From assembly GCF_011045215.1 (NCBI RefSeq), contig NZ_CP049201.1: 64,000 bases of DNA. One strand, given 5' to 3'. Under the pieces are notes generated by a model, which was given only the letters and a program-made list of their open reading frames with translations, made no database searches and was not told the origin of the DNA. Positions within the stretch are counted from its first letter, which is position 1; each line of letters opens with the position of its first letter. The position numbers and the translations under genes were made by a program. Origin of the DNA: Escherichia coli (GTDB taxonomy: Bacteria; Pseudomonadota; Gammaproteobacteria; Enterobacterales; Enterobacteriaceae). Shown here one piece after another: positions 1-8,102 of the stretch.

Positions 1-155
1 ATACATGGAATATCCCCGCCCCGGCAATACTCAATTTTTGCAGCAAGATGAGTGTCACGCGGATAGAACTCCAGACGATACATATCCCCCAGGACATGCA
101 CTTCCTCAACCTGACGGCCATCTTTAGTTACCGTTATTTTTTTCAGTGCGTACAT
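1..155 (-). CDS. hypothetical phage protein, partial (runs off window start)
   Basis: Minus-strand ATG at 153-155 preceded by GGAGG with 5-nt spacer; open to position 1 (MYALKKITVTKDGRQVEEVHVLGDMYRLEFYPRD...); under 60 aa inside window so absent from ORF track. Confidence 0.3.
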   Translation of the reverse strand, partial: MYALKKITVTKDGRQVEEVHVLGDMYRLEFYPRDTHLAAKIEYCRGGDIPC

Positions 156-222
156 ACGTACCTCCGTTCTTTCGTTTTTTGAGTAATAAAAAAGGCCGCC
201 ACAGCGACCTTTGCCAGTACGT

Positions 223-768
223 TTACAAACCAACGCGCGCTTTCATCCAGCCATAGACAAACGACTCATTGGCCTCGCGTTTCTCTGCCAGCTCCAGATA
301 ACGCTCGCCCTGCGTACAGTTCAGGGCTTTCACCAGTACCAGTTCACCATCCCTGCTGCGATTTTTCAGATATGCCCGTAACGCATTAAGAGTACGCGGT
401 CCGATGCGTCCATCTGCATCCATATCCGGATAGAGTTTCCCGCGCAGGTTAAAAACATTCAGCCAGCGCTGAAGCATTCTGGACGCCACGGCTGGTCCCA
501 TGTTCACGCCCGTGTCGCACAACTCTGCGGCAATATCCGGAGACAGATTCTCAACCTGGTCGAATCGTGGTCCGTACCAGTAGTCCGCCTCGAGTATTTC
601 CAGCGCCTGCCCACGCGTCAGGTCACGCATATCGCCCTGATAACCGTGTGCACGGGCAACTTTTTCAGTGATGCCCCATTTAGTCGGACCACCTTTATCA
701 TCCGGGTGATTGACGTAACCGCCCTCTTTTCCCAGAATTTCGTCAAAAATTTCATCTTTCGACTTCAT
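223..768 (-). CDS. phage endolysin, GH108-like lysozyme with peptidoglycan-binding C-terminal region
   Basis: ORF-track protein carries the IFDEILGKEGGYVNHPDDKGGPTKWGIT motif typical of GH108 lysozymes; start placed at internal ATG 766-768 preceded by GAAGG; last gene of lysis cassette. Confidence 0.75.
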   Translation of the reverse strand: MKSKDEIFDEILGKEGGYVNHPDDKGGPTKWGITEKVARAHGYQGDMRDLTRGQALEILEADYWYGPRFDQVENLSPDIAAELCDTGVNMGPAVASRMLQRWLNVFNLRGKLYPDMDADGRIGPRTLNALRAYLKNRSRDGELVLVKALNCTQGERYLELAEKREANESFVYGWMKARVGL

Positions 769-769
769 A

Positions 770-1060
770 TCAGCGCCTTCGTAATACAAGGATTTTTGAT
801 ACGTTCCCGCGTGCTCGTATCACCAGCACGCAGAACACCAGGTTAATCAGGACGACCAGCCAGTTACCGGGTGGAAAGCGACCACACAGATAACAAAGCG
901 GCGCAAAGGCATAAAGCAGCATCAGCAGCCAGGCCAGCCACGACATCAGCGGTTTATGTCTCGACTCACCACGACGATAAAAAAAGAGCGTCAGCACGAT
1001 AACCGTGCTTAACACCACATTCAGTAATCCGGGAAGGTTACTTAACATTACCGCCTCCAC
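770..1060 (-). CDS. small hydrophobic lysis-cassette membrane protein (holin/antiholin-like accessory)
   Basis: 96-aa ORF with two long hydrophobic stretches, wedged between the putative holin and the endolysin with short overlaps. Confidence 0.45.
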   Translation of the reverse strand: MEAVMLSNLPGLLNVVLSTVIVLTLFFYRRGESRHKPLMSWLAWLLMLLYAFAPLCYLCGRFPPGNWLVVLINLVFCVLVIRARGNVSKILVLRRR

Positions 1061-1427
1061 CCCGCAGACGGGAGAACAGCCCGGATACCAGCGATGCGAT
1101 ATCCTGCTGGTGGATGAATGAGAGAATCTTCACTGACACCACCGATACCAGTACCGCACAAAGCGCGTCGAGAGATGTGCTGTGGAGATTCAGTTTTTCA
1201 ACCAGGTAAGACGCCATCACATCCGCCCCCAGCACGCCAACAATGAACGACACCAGAAAATGCGCTGCCACACGCCAGACAGAAATCTTCTGTGGTATCG
1301 TGGCCACAAACAGCGCCCCTGCGAATGCACCAAACACAATCCCGAAATCCGTTCCGGTAAACAGCCCGAATACCGTCGCCCCGCCGAGCGCCGCAGCCGT
1401 GCCGGAACCGGATAAGGGTTCAGACAT
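1038..1427 (-). CDS. putative phage holin
   Basis: Track ORF 1038..1640 trimmed to ATG at 1425-1427 preceded by AGGAGA; 129 aa, glycine-rich hydrophobic segments (GTAAALGGATVFGLFTG...), directly upstream of endolysin. Confidence 0.6.
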   Translation of the reverse strand: MSEPLSGSGTAAALGGATVFGLFTGTDFGIVFGAFAGALFVATIPQKISVWRVAAHFLVSFIVGVLGADVMASYLVEKLNLHSTSLDALCAVLVSVVSVKILSFIHQQDIASLVSGLFSRLRGGGGNVK

Positions 1428-1443
1428 ACTTTTTCTCCTGTAA

Positions 1444-1468
1444 ATAAAAAAGGGCCGCTGTCGGCCCG
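1444..1468 (-). terminator. hairpin plus T-run on minus strand, immediately upstream of holin (tR'-like)
   Basis: GGGCCG-ctgt-CGGCCC stem at 1453-1468 flanked by A-runs on plus strand, so T-run follows hairpin on minus strand. Confidence 0.4.
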
Positions 1469-1597
1469 TAAAAAAACACCCCGTCAAAGGCACCCGCAGA
1501 TGCCTTTTGTGTGGTGTTATCTGGTGTTTTCTGATGTGGTGTGTGCAGGACACAGATGTGAAAAAGGTCCGCCGGTACGAACCCTGTGTATGGATAA

Positions 1598-1625
1598 AAA
1601 AATGCCCGTCATGAGACGGGCTAAC
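1598..1625 (-). terminator. second hairpin plus T-run on minus strand
   Basis: GCCCGTC-atga-GACGGGC preceded on plus strand by AAAAAAA (T-run after hairpin on minus strand). Confidence 0.35.
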
Positions 1626-1675
1626 GCATTCATCATGCAAGAGTTAAGCAGGATTACCTGTATCGAATTATCGGT

Positions 1676-1751
1676 ATCAGAATGAGTCGTCAACCTGCAA
1701 CGCAATTCTGACGAATCGTAGACCCCGGTTCAGGCGACGACTCATTCTGAT
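1676..1751. repeat. 16-bp perfect inverted repeat with 44-nt spacer
   Basis: ATCAGAATGAGTCGTC at 1676-1691 and GACGACTCATTCTGAT at 1736-1751 are exact reverse complements. Confidence 0.7.
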
Positions 1752-1906
1752 AACGCATACCATTAACAATGTAAAAAACACAGCACTGAAACTGTAACCG
1801 GCCAGGCATTACAGAATGAAGAAAATAAAGTGTCCGCAACCAGATTCTTCACGAAAATTCGTCAGTGCTGATAAAGCTATGACTCATCAGTTTTACTGGA
1901 GAACGG

Positions 1907-1982
1907 TGGCGGGAATCGAACCCACATCATCAGCCTGGAAAGCTGAGGTAATAGCCATTATACGATACCCGCATACTGTGCT
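1907..1982 (-). tRNA. tRNA-Gly(UCC)-like pseudo-tRNA; acceptor 3' strand not complementary
   Basis: Minus strand reads GCGGGTATCGTATAATGGCTATTACCTCAGCTTTCCAGGCTGATGATGTGGGTTCGATTCCCGC, near-identical to E. coli glyT through D, anticodon (loop TTTCCAG) and T arms, but then continues CACCGTTCTCCA, which cannot pair with the 5' GCGGGTA. Confidence 0.4.
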
Positions 1983-2190
1983 GGCTTCCGGAATCACACG
2001 AATTACCGGGAAAGCCAGCACTGGTCTTTCCGGTGGCAAGCAACACCCCTGTGAACATAAAGACAACCACCTTCCGGACCAGTCAGAATACTAACGACAG
2101 TTTTTCAGACATCAAAAATATATTTGGTGTTCAGTTTTAAATATGTGTATACATCTGTATCAGAAATATACAACTTATATCATCACTGAA

Positions 2191-3237
2191 TTAAAAATCT
2201 TTCGTTATTTCTCTGACCGTCTGATTAAAACGTTCCTCTTCCAGTTCCACGCCAATCGCCCTGCGTCCCAGCAACAGTGCCGCTTTTATCGTGGAACCTG
2301 ACCCCATAAAAAAATCTGCGACCAAATCGCCTGGACGGCTGCTGGCAGTAATTATCTGACGCAACATATCCGCCGGTTTTTCACAGGGATGTTTGCCCGG
2401 ATAATACTGCACGGGCTTGTGCGTCCAGACATCCGTATAAGGAACGACAGCCGATACGGAAAAATAACGCCGCAGTGATTTGTATTCCTCCAGCAGGCTG
2501 ACATATTGCCGGTTCAGTTCGCTGTATGTGCTGACCAGCTGGTGATGTGGCTGCTCCAGTTCACCGCGCTGGTGTTTTTCTGCCGCCACACGTGCAAACA
2601 GCGCCTGCAGTTTACTGTAATCGGCCTCATTCGGTAACTGCCACTGACTGGTACCAAACCAGTGCGAAACCATGTTTTTCTTTCCGGTGGCTTCAGCTAT
2701 CTGTTTTGACGTTATCCCCAGTGATTCACGCGCATCACGGAAGTAAGAAATCAGCGGGGCCATCACGTGCTGTTTAAGCTCGCGCCCCTTTGCCGCATAG
2801 CCGTCATTTTTTGGCTGGTATGGCCCCTGATAATGTTCAGCAAACAGAATGCGCTCTGTTGCCGGGAAATACGCCCGCAGGCTTTCCTTGTTGCACCCGT
2901 TCCAGCGTCCGGACGGCTTCGCCCAGATAATGTGGTTCAGCACATTAAAGCGCTCACGCATCATGATTTCGGTGTCAGATGCCAGGCGATGACCACAGAA
3001 CAGGTAAAGACTTCCGGCAGGCTTCAGTACCCGCCAGAACTGCGCCAGACATCGGTCCAGCCATTGCAGGTAATCATCGTCGCCCTTCCACTGGTTATCC
3101 CAGCCCTCGGGCTTCACTTTAAAGTATGGCGGGTCTGTGACTATCAGATCGACAGAGTTTTCCGGTAATGTCCGGATAAATTCCAGGCAATCCGCGTTGA
3201 TTAACTCACAACTGGATATTTTTACAGTATTAGCCAT
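2191..3237 (-). CDS. DNA methyltransferase (N6-adenine or N4-cytosine type), orphan
   Basis: 348 aa with DPPY motif near N-terminus (LIVTDPPYF) and FxGxG AdoMet motif near C-terminus (FFMGSGST); no nuclease recognised alongside. Confidence 0.85.
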   Translation of the reverse strand: MANTVKISSCELINADCLEFIRTLPENSVDLIVTDPPYFKVKPEGWDNQWKGDDDYLQWLDRCLAQFWRVLKPAGSLYLFCGHRLASDTEIMMRERFNVLNHIIWAKPSGRWNGCNKESLRAYFPATERILFAEHYQGPYQPKNDGYAAKGRELKQHVMAPLISYFRDARESLGITSKQIAEATGKKNMVSHWFGTSQWQLPNEADYSKLQALFARVAAEKHQRGELEQPHHQLVSTYSELNRQYVSLLEEYKSLRRYFSVSAVVPYTDVWTHKPVQYYPGKHPCEKPADMLRQIITASSRPGDLVADFFMGSGSTIKAALLLGRRAIGVELEEERFNQTVREITKDF

Positions 3238-3387
3238 AGATCAATAAGCACTTCTCTGATAGGCTCATACCGCTTTTGCGCAAAGCAGATGGGCCTGAGG
3301 TTTGCTTGTGACCCCAACGCATGAGCAGATGGCTGGCAGGTGCCGCTAACACCCACCAGCCGCCCATTACCACAAATTAAAAAGCCT

Positions 3388-3585
3388 TCACTGCGAAAGG
3401 CGTCTGTAACAACCGAACTGATAATCTGCCAGACCCGCCATAACAAGCTGGGTCAGTATTAACTGGCAGCGTTCGCGTGAAAGGTAAGTATTCTGCGCAA
3501 TTTCCCCGACGGTCGCCGGTTCGGTGACGCTTAATTCATTAAACACCACTCTGGCGGTTTTGGTCATATCCTGCTGTTTTAGCAT
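3388..3585 (-). CDS. small putative DNA-binding protein (winged-helix-like)
   Basis: Track ORF 3388..3807 trimmed to internal ATG 3583-3585 (AGGGA upstream); the N-terminal extension looks non-coding; residues TVGEIAQNTYLSRERCQLILTQL resemble an HTH recognition helix. Confidence 0.35.
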   Translation of the reverse strand: MLKQQDMTKTARVVFNELSVTEPATVGEIAQNTYLSRERCQLILTQLVMAGLADYQFGCYRRLSQ

Positions 3586-3902
3586 GTCTTTTTCCCTATT
3601 CCGGTTAACGTGACATACCAATAACTCTTGTCTGAAAAGCCAGCAAGCTGAAAAACCGGTATTCGTAACCACCAGCGCGTTTAACGTACTGCACCACTTT
3701 TCGGGCACAAAAAACCCGCCTAACGGCGAGCTTAAGCTGTGTAGCGAAGTAACCACTCTTAACACACTAAGCGAAAAAATGCGGACCGCGTTAGTGATTT
3801 TTAGCAAGTTTTGCTTTATTTTTCCTACGTACAGTAAAAATAAGAAATCAATTCCAGCCAGGCTGGCTGAGTTAACACAGGTCTTAGAATGAGGGAACTT
3901 CT

Positions 3903-4913
3903 TTGTACGAAATACATTACGACGTTGAGTCTGAACAGCAAGCTTTTGAATTACTTGAACGTTACCTAAACGGACAAGCTTTACCCGAAAAAATTAGTTT
4001 CAATGGTTGGCCAAGTCTAACCATCAGGTTGACTGGTGAAAAATTCAACAAATCACTCACACCTTCAGTTATGAAAGGATTTGTTGAAATGCAATCGCAA
4101 CTCAATAAGTCTTATGCGCTAGCAAAGTTCGGAACTCCTGATGTCCGCAGGCTAACAAAAGAAGAACTTGATGCTTTAGAAATTGAAGTTACAGTAGAGC
4201 AAGGTTCATCTCTTGTAGAGATTAACATTGATGGCTTCCTAAGCAAGCTTACGCACGAACTGGTAGGGAAAATGAACGCCACAGAGATTGTATTTACGGT
4301 TCTCGGTGCTGCCGTTATATGGGGCGGTGTAACCGTCTTCAAACGCTATCTGGATAACCGTAAAGATACTCGGTTGGCTGAAATTGCTAAAGAAGGCGAC
4401 AAAGAACACCTACGCGCAATGCAAGTGATGACACAGGAGGAAACAAAACGCCTCCAAATCATCTCAGAAATGGTGGCTAAAAAACCTCTACTCGACAATA
4501 TGGATCGAATGTCTTATGACGCTAAAACCACCATGGTTAAATCTTTCGTGCGTTCAGATTCAGCAGAAATTGACGGTGTCACAATAGATTCAGAAACGGC
4601 AAAAGAGCTAGTAACAAATGCTCGTCGACGCTCAGTTGAAATGAGAATAGACGGTATATACCGTATCGAAGAAGTGAATAATACCGACCCCGAAAGCTTC
4701 AAAGTTAAGGTTCGAAAGGTCGATTCTGATCAACGTTTGACCTGCGTTGTTCAGGATATATTCCTTGATGAATCAGGGAACAAAGAAGCCTTACAGCGAG
4801 CTGAATGGGAAAGAAAGCCTGTGCATTTAAGCATCAATGCCAAACACATTGATGGAGATATCAAGTCCGCCGTAATTTTACATGTGAAAGATGTTGAAGA
4901 TAAGCCCGAGTAA
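3903..4913 (+). CDS. hypothetical protein with one central hydrophobic segment; AT-rich cargo gene, family not recognised
   Basis: 1011-nt ORF opposite to the late genes; TTG start 6 nt after GAGGGA (in-frame TAG at 3885-3887 excludes an upstream ATG); 36 G+C in first 100 nt by hand count; hydrophobic stretch EIVFTVLGAAVIWGGVTVF. Confidence 0.7.
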   Translation: MYEIHYDVESEQQAFELLERYLNGQALPEKISFNGWPSLTIRLTGEKFNKSLTPSVMKGFVEMQSQLNKSYALAKFGTPDVRRLTKEELDALEIEVTVEQGSSLVEINIDGFLSKLTHELVGKMNATEIVFTVLGAAVIWGGVTVFKRYLDNRKDTRLAEIAKEGDKEHLRAMQVMTQEETKRLQIISEMVAKKPLLDNMDRMSYDAKTTMVKSFVRSDSAEIDGVTIDSETAKELVTNARRRSVEMRIDGIYRIEEVNNTDPESFKVKVRKVDSDQRLTCVVQDIFLDESGNKEALQRAEWERKPVHLSINAKHIDGDIKSAVILHVKDVEDKPE

Positions 4914-4928
4914 TCGGGCTGTCTGGTT

Positions 4929-5309
4929 TCAAGATTCCACTTCGGCATCCATTTCTAAACTTACATCCAACATACTCAGGCAACCGTCGATAAACCCTTC
5001 AGCCATCTGTATCTCTATACGTATCAATTTCTCATCCTTCCAACGCGCCTTTGCAATCTTGCGCTTGGATATCCTGTATAAATAATGTGCCACAAGAAGC
5101 GAATGCTCATAAGGCCTTTTTTGCTTTAAACAAGCAAGACAACCTTCAATAATTAATGCGTCACTATCTGAACAAGCCAGGCGTTTCTTACTGGTATAGG
5201 GCAGAAGTCCCTTAAACCCGGCAGCTATAGGTGAATAGTCCACACCCGAGCTATCACTAGCCGCCCATGCCCCCCAACGCTCAAGAACCATCTGAATATC
5301 ACGCGCCAT
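4929..5309 (-). CDS. late-gene antiterminator Q (QuuD/DLP12-type)
   Basis: MARDIQMVLERWGAWAA...IAAGFKGL...LEMD matches the remembered QuuD sequence; sits after rusA as in lambdoid nin-Q regions. Confidence 0.75.
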   Translation of the reverse strand: MARDIQMVLERWGAWAASDSSGVDYSPIAAGFKGLLPYTSKKRLACSDSDALIIEGCLACLKQKRPYEHSLLVAHYLYRISKRKIAKARWKDEKLIRIEIQMAEGFIDGCLSMLDVSLEMDAEVES

Positions 5310-5670
5310 CGTTACCACCTGTAATTTCGTAAATCTTCACACCCAGCCGACCACCAGGTACGCGCTGACCGCGCACAATATTAATTTCATCAAACTGCTC
5401 GTCGTCGATAAGCAACCCCGCATGTGTCAGTGCATCCAGTGGTGCTTTCAGAATATTGTCCAGGTCACGACGGCGCTTATCCGGTGGCTCTGCAGTAATT
5501 TTTATTGCCAGCCTTCCGGACAGATTTAATTTCAGCCGCTGCTGGCGAACAATGAGCGCCACATCACGGCGATAACGCTCACCGGCTTTTGATACAAAAT
5601 ATGTGCTGCCACGACGTCGCCAGTAGGTGTTTACCGTCGGCGGGTAAGGCAAAACAAACTCTATACGCAT
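5299..5670 (-). CDS. rusA: RusA-family Holliday junction resolvase
   Basis: 123 aa; PPTVNTYWRRRGSTY and RRRDLDN motifs match RusA. Confidence 0.85.
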   Translation of the reverse strand: MRIEFVLPYPPTVNTYWRRRGSTYFVSKAGERYRRDVALIVRQQRLKLNLSGRLAIKITAEPPDKRRRDLDNILKAPLDALTHAGLLIDDEQFDEINIVRGQRVPGGRLGVKIYEITGGNDGA

Positions 5671-5682
5671 CAGTAACCTCTT

Positions 5683-6732
5683 TTACCCGAGCACGCCGGT
5701 TGCAAAGGCGTGATCAAGAAAACGAAAAATTAAATCAACCTGGGAACCATGCTTTTCTTCGAACGCCAGCGGATCCGCATGAAGTTCGTTGTGATGTTCC
5801 CGGCATAACGGTAGCGTGAAAATATCGTGGGATTTTGTTCCCATTCCGCCCTGACCATGACCAATCAGGTGATGGGGATCGTCGGCTGGCTTACCACAGC
5901 ACGCACACGGCTGTGTCTTTACCCAGCGTGTATATTTCTCATTTATCCAACGGCGACGTTTAGGTCGCTTCATGAAAGATTCCGGAGACTCCGGATCTAC
6001 GGCAATGCTGACCACCGTCTTTTCCTGTGGTGCGTTCTGTTGCTGGTGGGCGTGAGGTGGTAGCGCAATATTTTTTGTGCGCTGCTTCAGTATGCTGGTA
6101 GCTGTCTGCTCTCCCGGTACGATGTCGCTTTCGCGGTATACTGAGTGGATTTTTTCACCCGGAAGCTTCAGGATTCGACGCGCCATATTTTCGGTCATGG
6201 CATCCACTACATCATTTACAGCAGCCCAGCAGTACAGTTCAGCCAGCGATAATTCCCGCTCCTGTGTACCGCTTATTGCGTGACGTATGACGTCAATCAT
6301 CCAGGCTGTCAGATTTTGTTGAGCAAGCTGCCCGAGTGATTCGGAGGTCTGGTCACGCAGCTGGTTGTCGCAGTGCCAGCACAACACCATCGCGCCGGTG
6401 CCGTAACGATGTATGACGGTTTCACTGTGATGATAGTCACCATGAGGCCACTGGCAGGATTTGACATGACGCAACAGCCAGTCAGACAGTGCGCCAGCGC
6501 CGCCAGCAGCACGAATCACCCGCTCATCGCTGAAAAATGGCAGTAATGATTTATCTTCCGCCAGCGGCTGGCGAACAGCAGGAACAACTCCGAACGGCAG
6601 ACCGCGCATGCTTTTCGGTTCCGGTTCCACCAGCACTCGAGGGTTATGAAATACCTGCATGGATTCACGACCAGGCTTAAGGACCACCAGCCCGAGTTCC
6701 GGTACCGGAACAGGTCGAAGTAATACCCGCAC
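5683..6732 (-). CDS. DUF968/YdfU-like protein with C-terminal HNH-type motif
   Basis: 349 aa, same length as Qin YdfU; C-terminal CACCGKPADDPHHLIGHGQGGMGTKSHDIFTLPLCREHHNELH. Confidence 0.75.
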   Translation of the reverse strand: MRVLLRPVPVPELGLVVLKPGRESMQVFHNPRVLVEPEPKSMRGLPFGVVPAVRQPLAEDKSLLPFFSDERVIRAAGGAGALSDWLLRHVKSCQWPHGDYHHSETVIHRYGTGAMVLCWHCDNQLRDQTSESLGQLAQQNLTAWMIDVIRHAISGTQERELSLAELYCWAAVNDVVDAMTENMARRILKLPGEKIHSVYRESDIVPGEQTATSILKQRTKNIALPPHAHQQQNAPQEKTVVSIAVDPESPESFMKRPKRRRWINEKYTRWVKTQPCACCGKPADDPHHLIGHGQGGMGTKSHDIFTLPLCREHHNELHADPLAFEEKHGSQVDLIFRFLDHAFATGVLG

Positions 6733-6733
6733 G

Positions 6734-7006
6734 TTACCTCCAGATGCGTTGCTGGAATGTGCGGGATGGACGCGGTGGGCGTTCGGAATAAGGGAGCCTG
6801 ACTGAAATTATCCAGTGTCGGAAGTCAGGGCTGAGGTCTTTCTGAAACTCGTACCCACGTCTGCGGTAGTTCTGTATCAGCCATTCGGCCTGTTCTTCAG
6901 TGCAGGGGTCATGCTGATACCAGTCATATTTGAATGTGTGAGAACGCCGCCCGTATCTGCTGGCAGGGGCGGCATCAGAATTGTTAATTTTCTTGTAATG
7001 CACCAC
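6734..7006 (-). CDS. hypothetical nin-region protein
   Basis: 90-aa ORF abutting the DUF968 gene on the same strand. Confidence 0.4.
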   Translation of the reverse strand: MVHYKKINNSDAAPASRYGRRSHTFKYDWYQHDPCTEEQAEWLIQNYRRRGYEFQKDLSPDFRHWIISVRLPYSERPPRPSRTFQQRIWR

Positions 7007-7072
7007 TACTATCCTCGTAATGGTGCGACAGACGCCAGTTGTTCAGGCTGGCTTTAACTACAACATTATAAT

Positions 7073-7267
7073 CTAGTCTTTCTTAATGCTGAAGTGACTG
7101 ACCGAATCCGCATGTGATTCTTTGGTGATCAGAATAACATCGGATGGCAATGGCATTACGATAAACTCACCATTCTCAAGAACTATTACTTCATAATTAC
7201 CTGGTATAGAAAGCGCAGCAATTAATTCCTTATCGTTCATAACCAAAATCCCGTGAACTTTAAACAC
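7073..7267 (-). CDS. hypothetical small protein
   Basis: 64-aa ORF co-oriented with the early-right operon. Confidence 0.35.
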   Translation of the reverse strand: MFKVHGILVMNDKELIAALSIPGNYEVIVLENGEFIVMPLPSDVILITKESHADSVSHFSIKKD

Positions 7268-7400
7268 CTCCCCTTAAGGGGACCATCCTTCTTCTCCCTG
7301 CGCGCCAATCAAGTAATGAGATTCTATTTCCCCCGTAATTAGCCTCAAGAACAACAAATCACAAAAACACAAAAAGCCTGTTTGATTAAAAATAATCGTA

Positions 7401-7424
7401 ACAAAAAACCCGCCGAAGCGGGTT
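7401..7424 (-). terminator. rho-independent terminator downstream of hok
   Basis: AACCCGC-cgaa-GCGGGTT hairpin at 7407-7424 preceded on plus strand by AAAAAA, so T-run follows on minus strand. Confidence 0.45.
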
Positions 7425-7492
7425 AAGTGCGGGTGCGTTGAGGATGCCTGACACATCAGAGGTGGCGAGGGATTTCTCCCCCGCCAGGTCTC

Positions 7493-7648
7493 TTACTCCT
7501 CAGATTCGTAAGCTGTGAAGACAGCGACCTCCGTCTGGCCGGTTCGGATTCGTACCTCGCAGAGGTCTTTCCTCATTACCAGTGCCGTCACTATGACGGT
7601 TAAACAGATGACGATCAGGGCGATTAACATCGCCTTTTGCTGCTTCAT
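7493..7648 (-). CDS. hok: Hok/Gef-family type I toxin
   Basis: MKQQKAMLIALIVICLTVIVTALVMRKDLCEVRIRTGQTEVAVFTAYESEE is near-identical to remembered HokD; AAGGAG 7 nt upstream. Confidence 0.85.
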   Translation of the reverse strand: MKQQKAMLIALIVICLTVIVTALVMRKDLCEVRIRTGQTEVAVFTAYESEE

Positions 7649-7705
7649 AGCCTGCTTCTCCTTGCCTTTCGGCACGTAAGAGGCTAACCTACGTTTGTGT
7701 AGCAT
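7493..7705 (-). CDS. mok-like overlapping reading frame
   Basis: In-frame N-terminal extension (MLHKRRLASYVPKGKEKQA) upstream of the hok ATG, as in hok/mok/sok loci. Confidence 0.45.
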   Translation of the reverse strand: MLHKRRLASYVPKGKEKQAMKQQKAMLIALIVICLTVIVTALVMRKDLCEVRIRTGQTEVAVFTAYESEE

Positions 7706-8102
7706 AGATTGGGCCTCAGATTAATGTTAAGCGTCTTGCCGGACGCGTAATGTTAACTGGGGCTTTTCTCTGTCTGCCTTACAGTGGCATGCCCGAGGCA
7801 GACAGCCTCAGGCACCCGCAACAATCTTACCGACACCGATAAGAAAACGCTATTTTTTATTGCCAGAACCTTCTGCCCAGGCTAATGTATCCGCGTCAGA
7901 ACGGCGCAATGCGCTCGCCTGAGATACGTTTACTTGTCATTGGTGGCAACAGATAACGGCAATTGTTGTTTCTGTTTGTTTCCTTCAAAAACCCCGGACC
8001 ATCAATCCGGGGTTTTTGTTTGTTATCCCCAGCGGCAAATCGAATACACCATCAGCGCCACCGCCATCGCAATTCCTGCCGTTGTGAATGCTTCAGGCCA
8101 GG

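Noticed and set aside
1038-1640. 200-aa extended version of the holin ORF
   Set aside because: The N-terminal 70 residues are Cys/His/Arg-rich and run across two terminator hairpins; the internal ATG with AGGAGA gives a normal holin-sized product.
3388-3807. 139-aa extended version of the small DNA-binding ORF
   Set aside because: Upstream half is L/S/C/W-rich and looks non-coding; only the last 65 codons have protein-like composition and an RBS.
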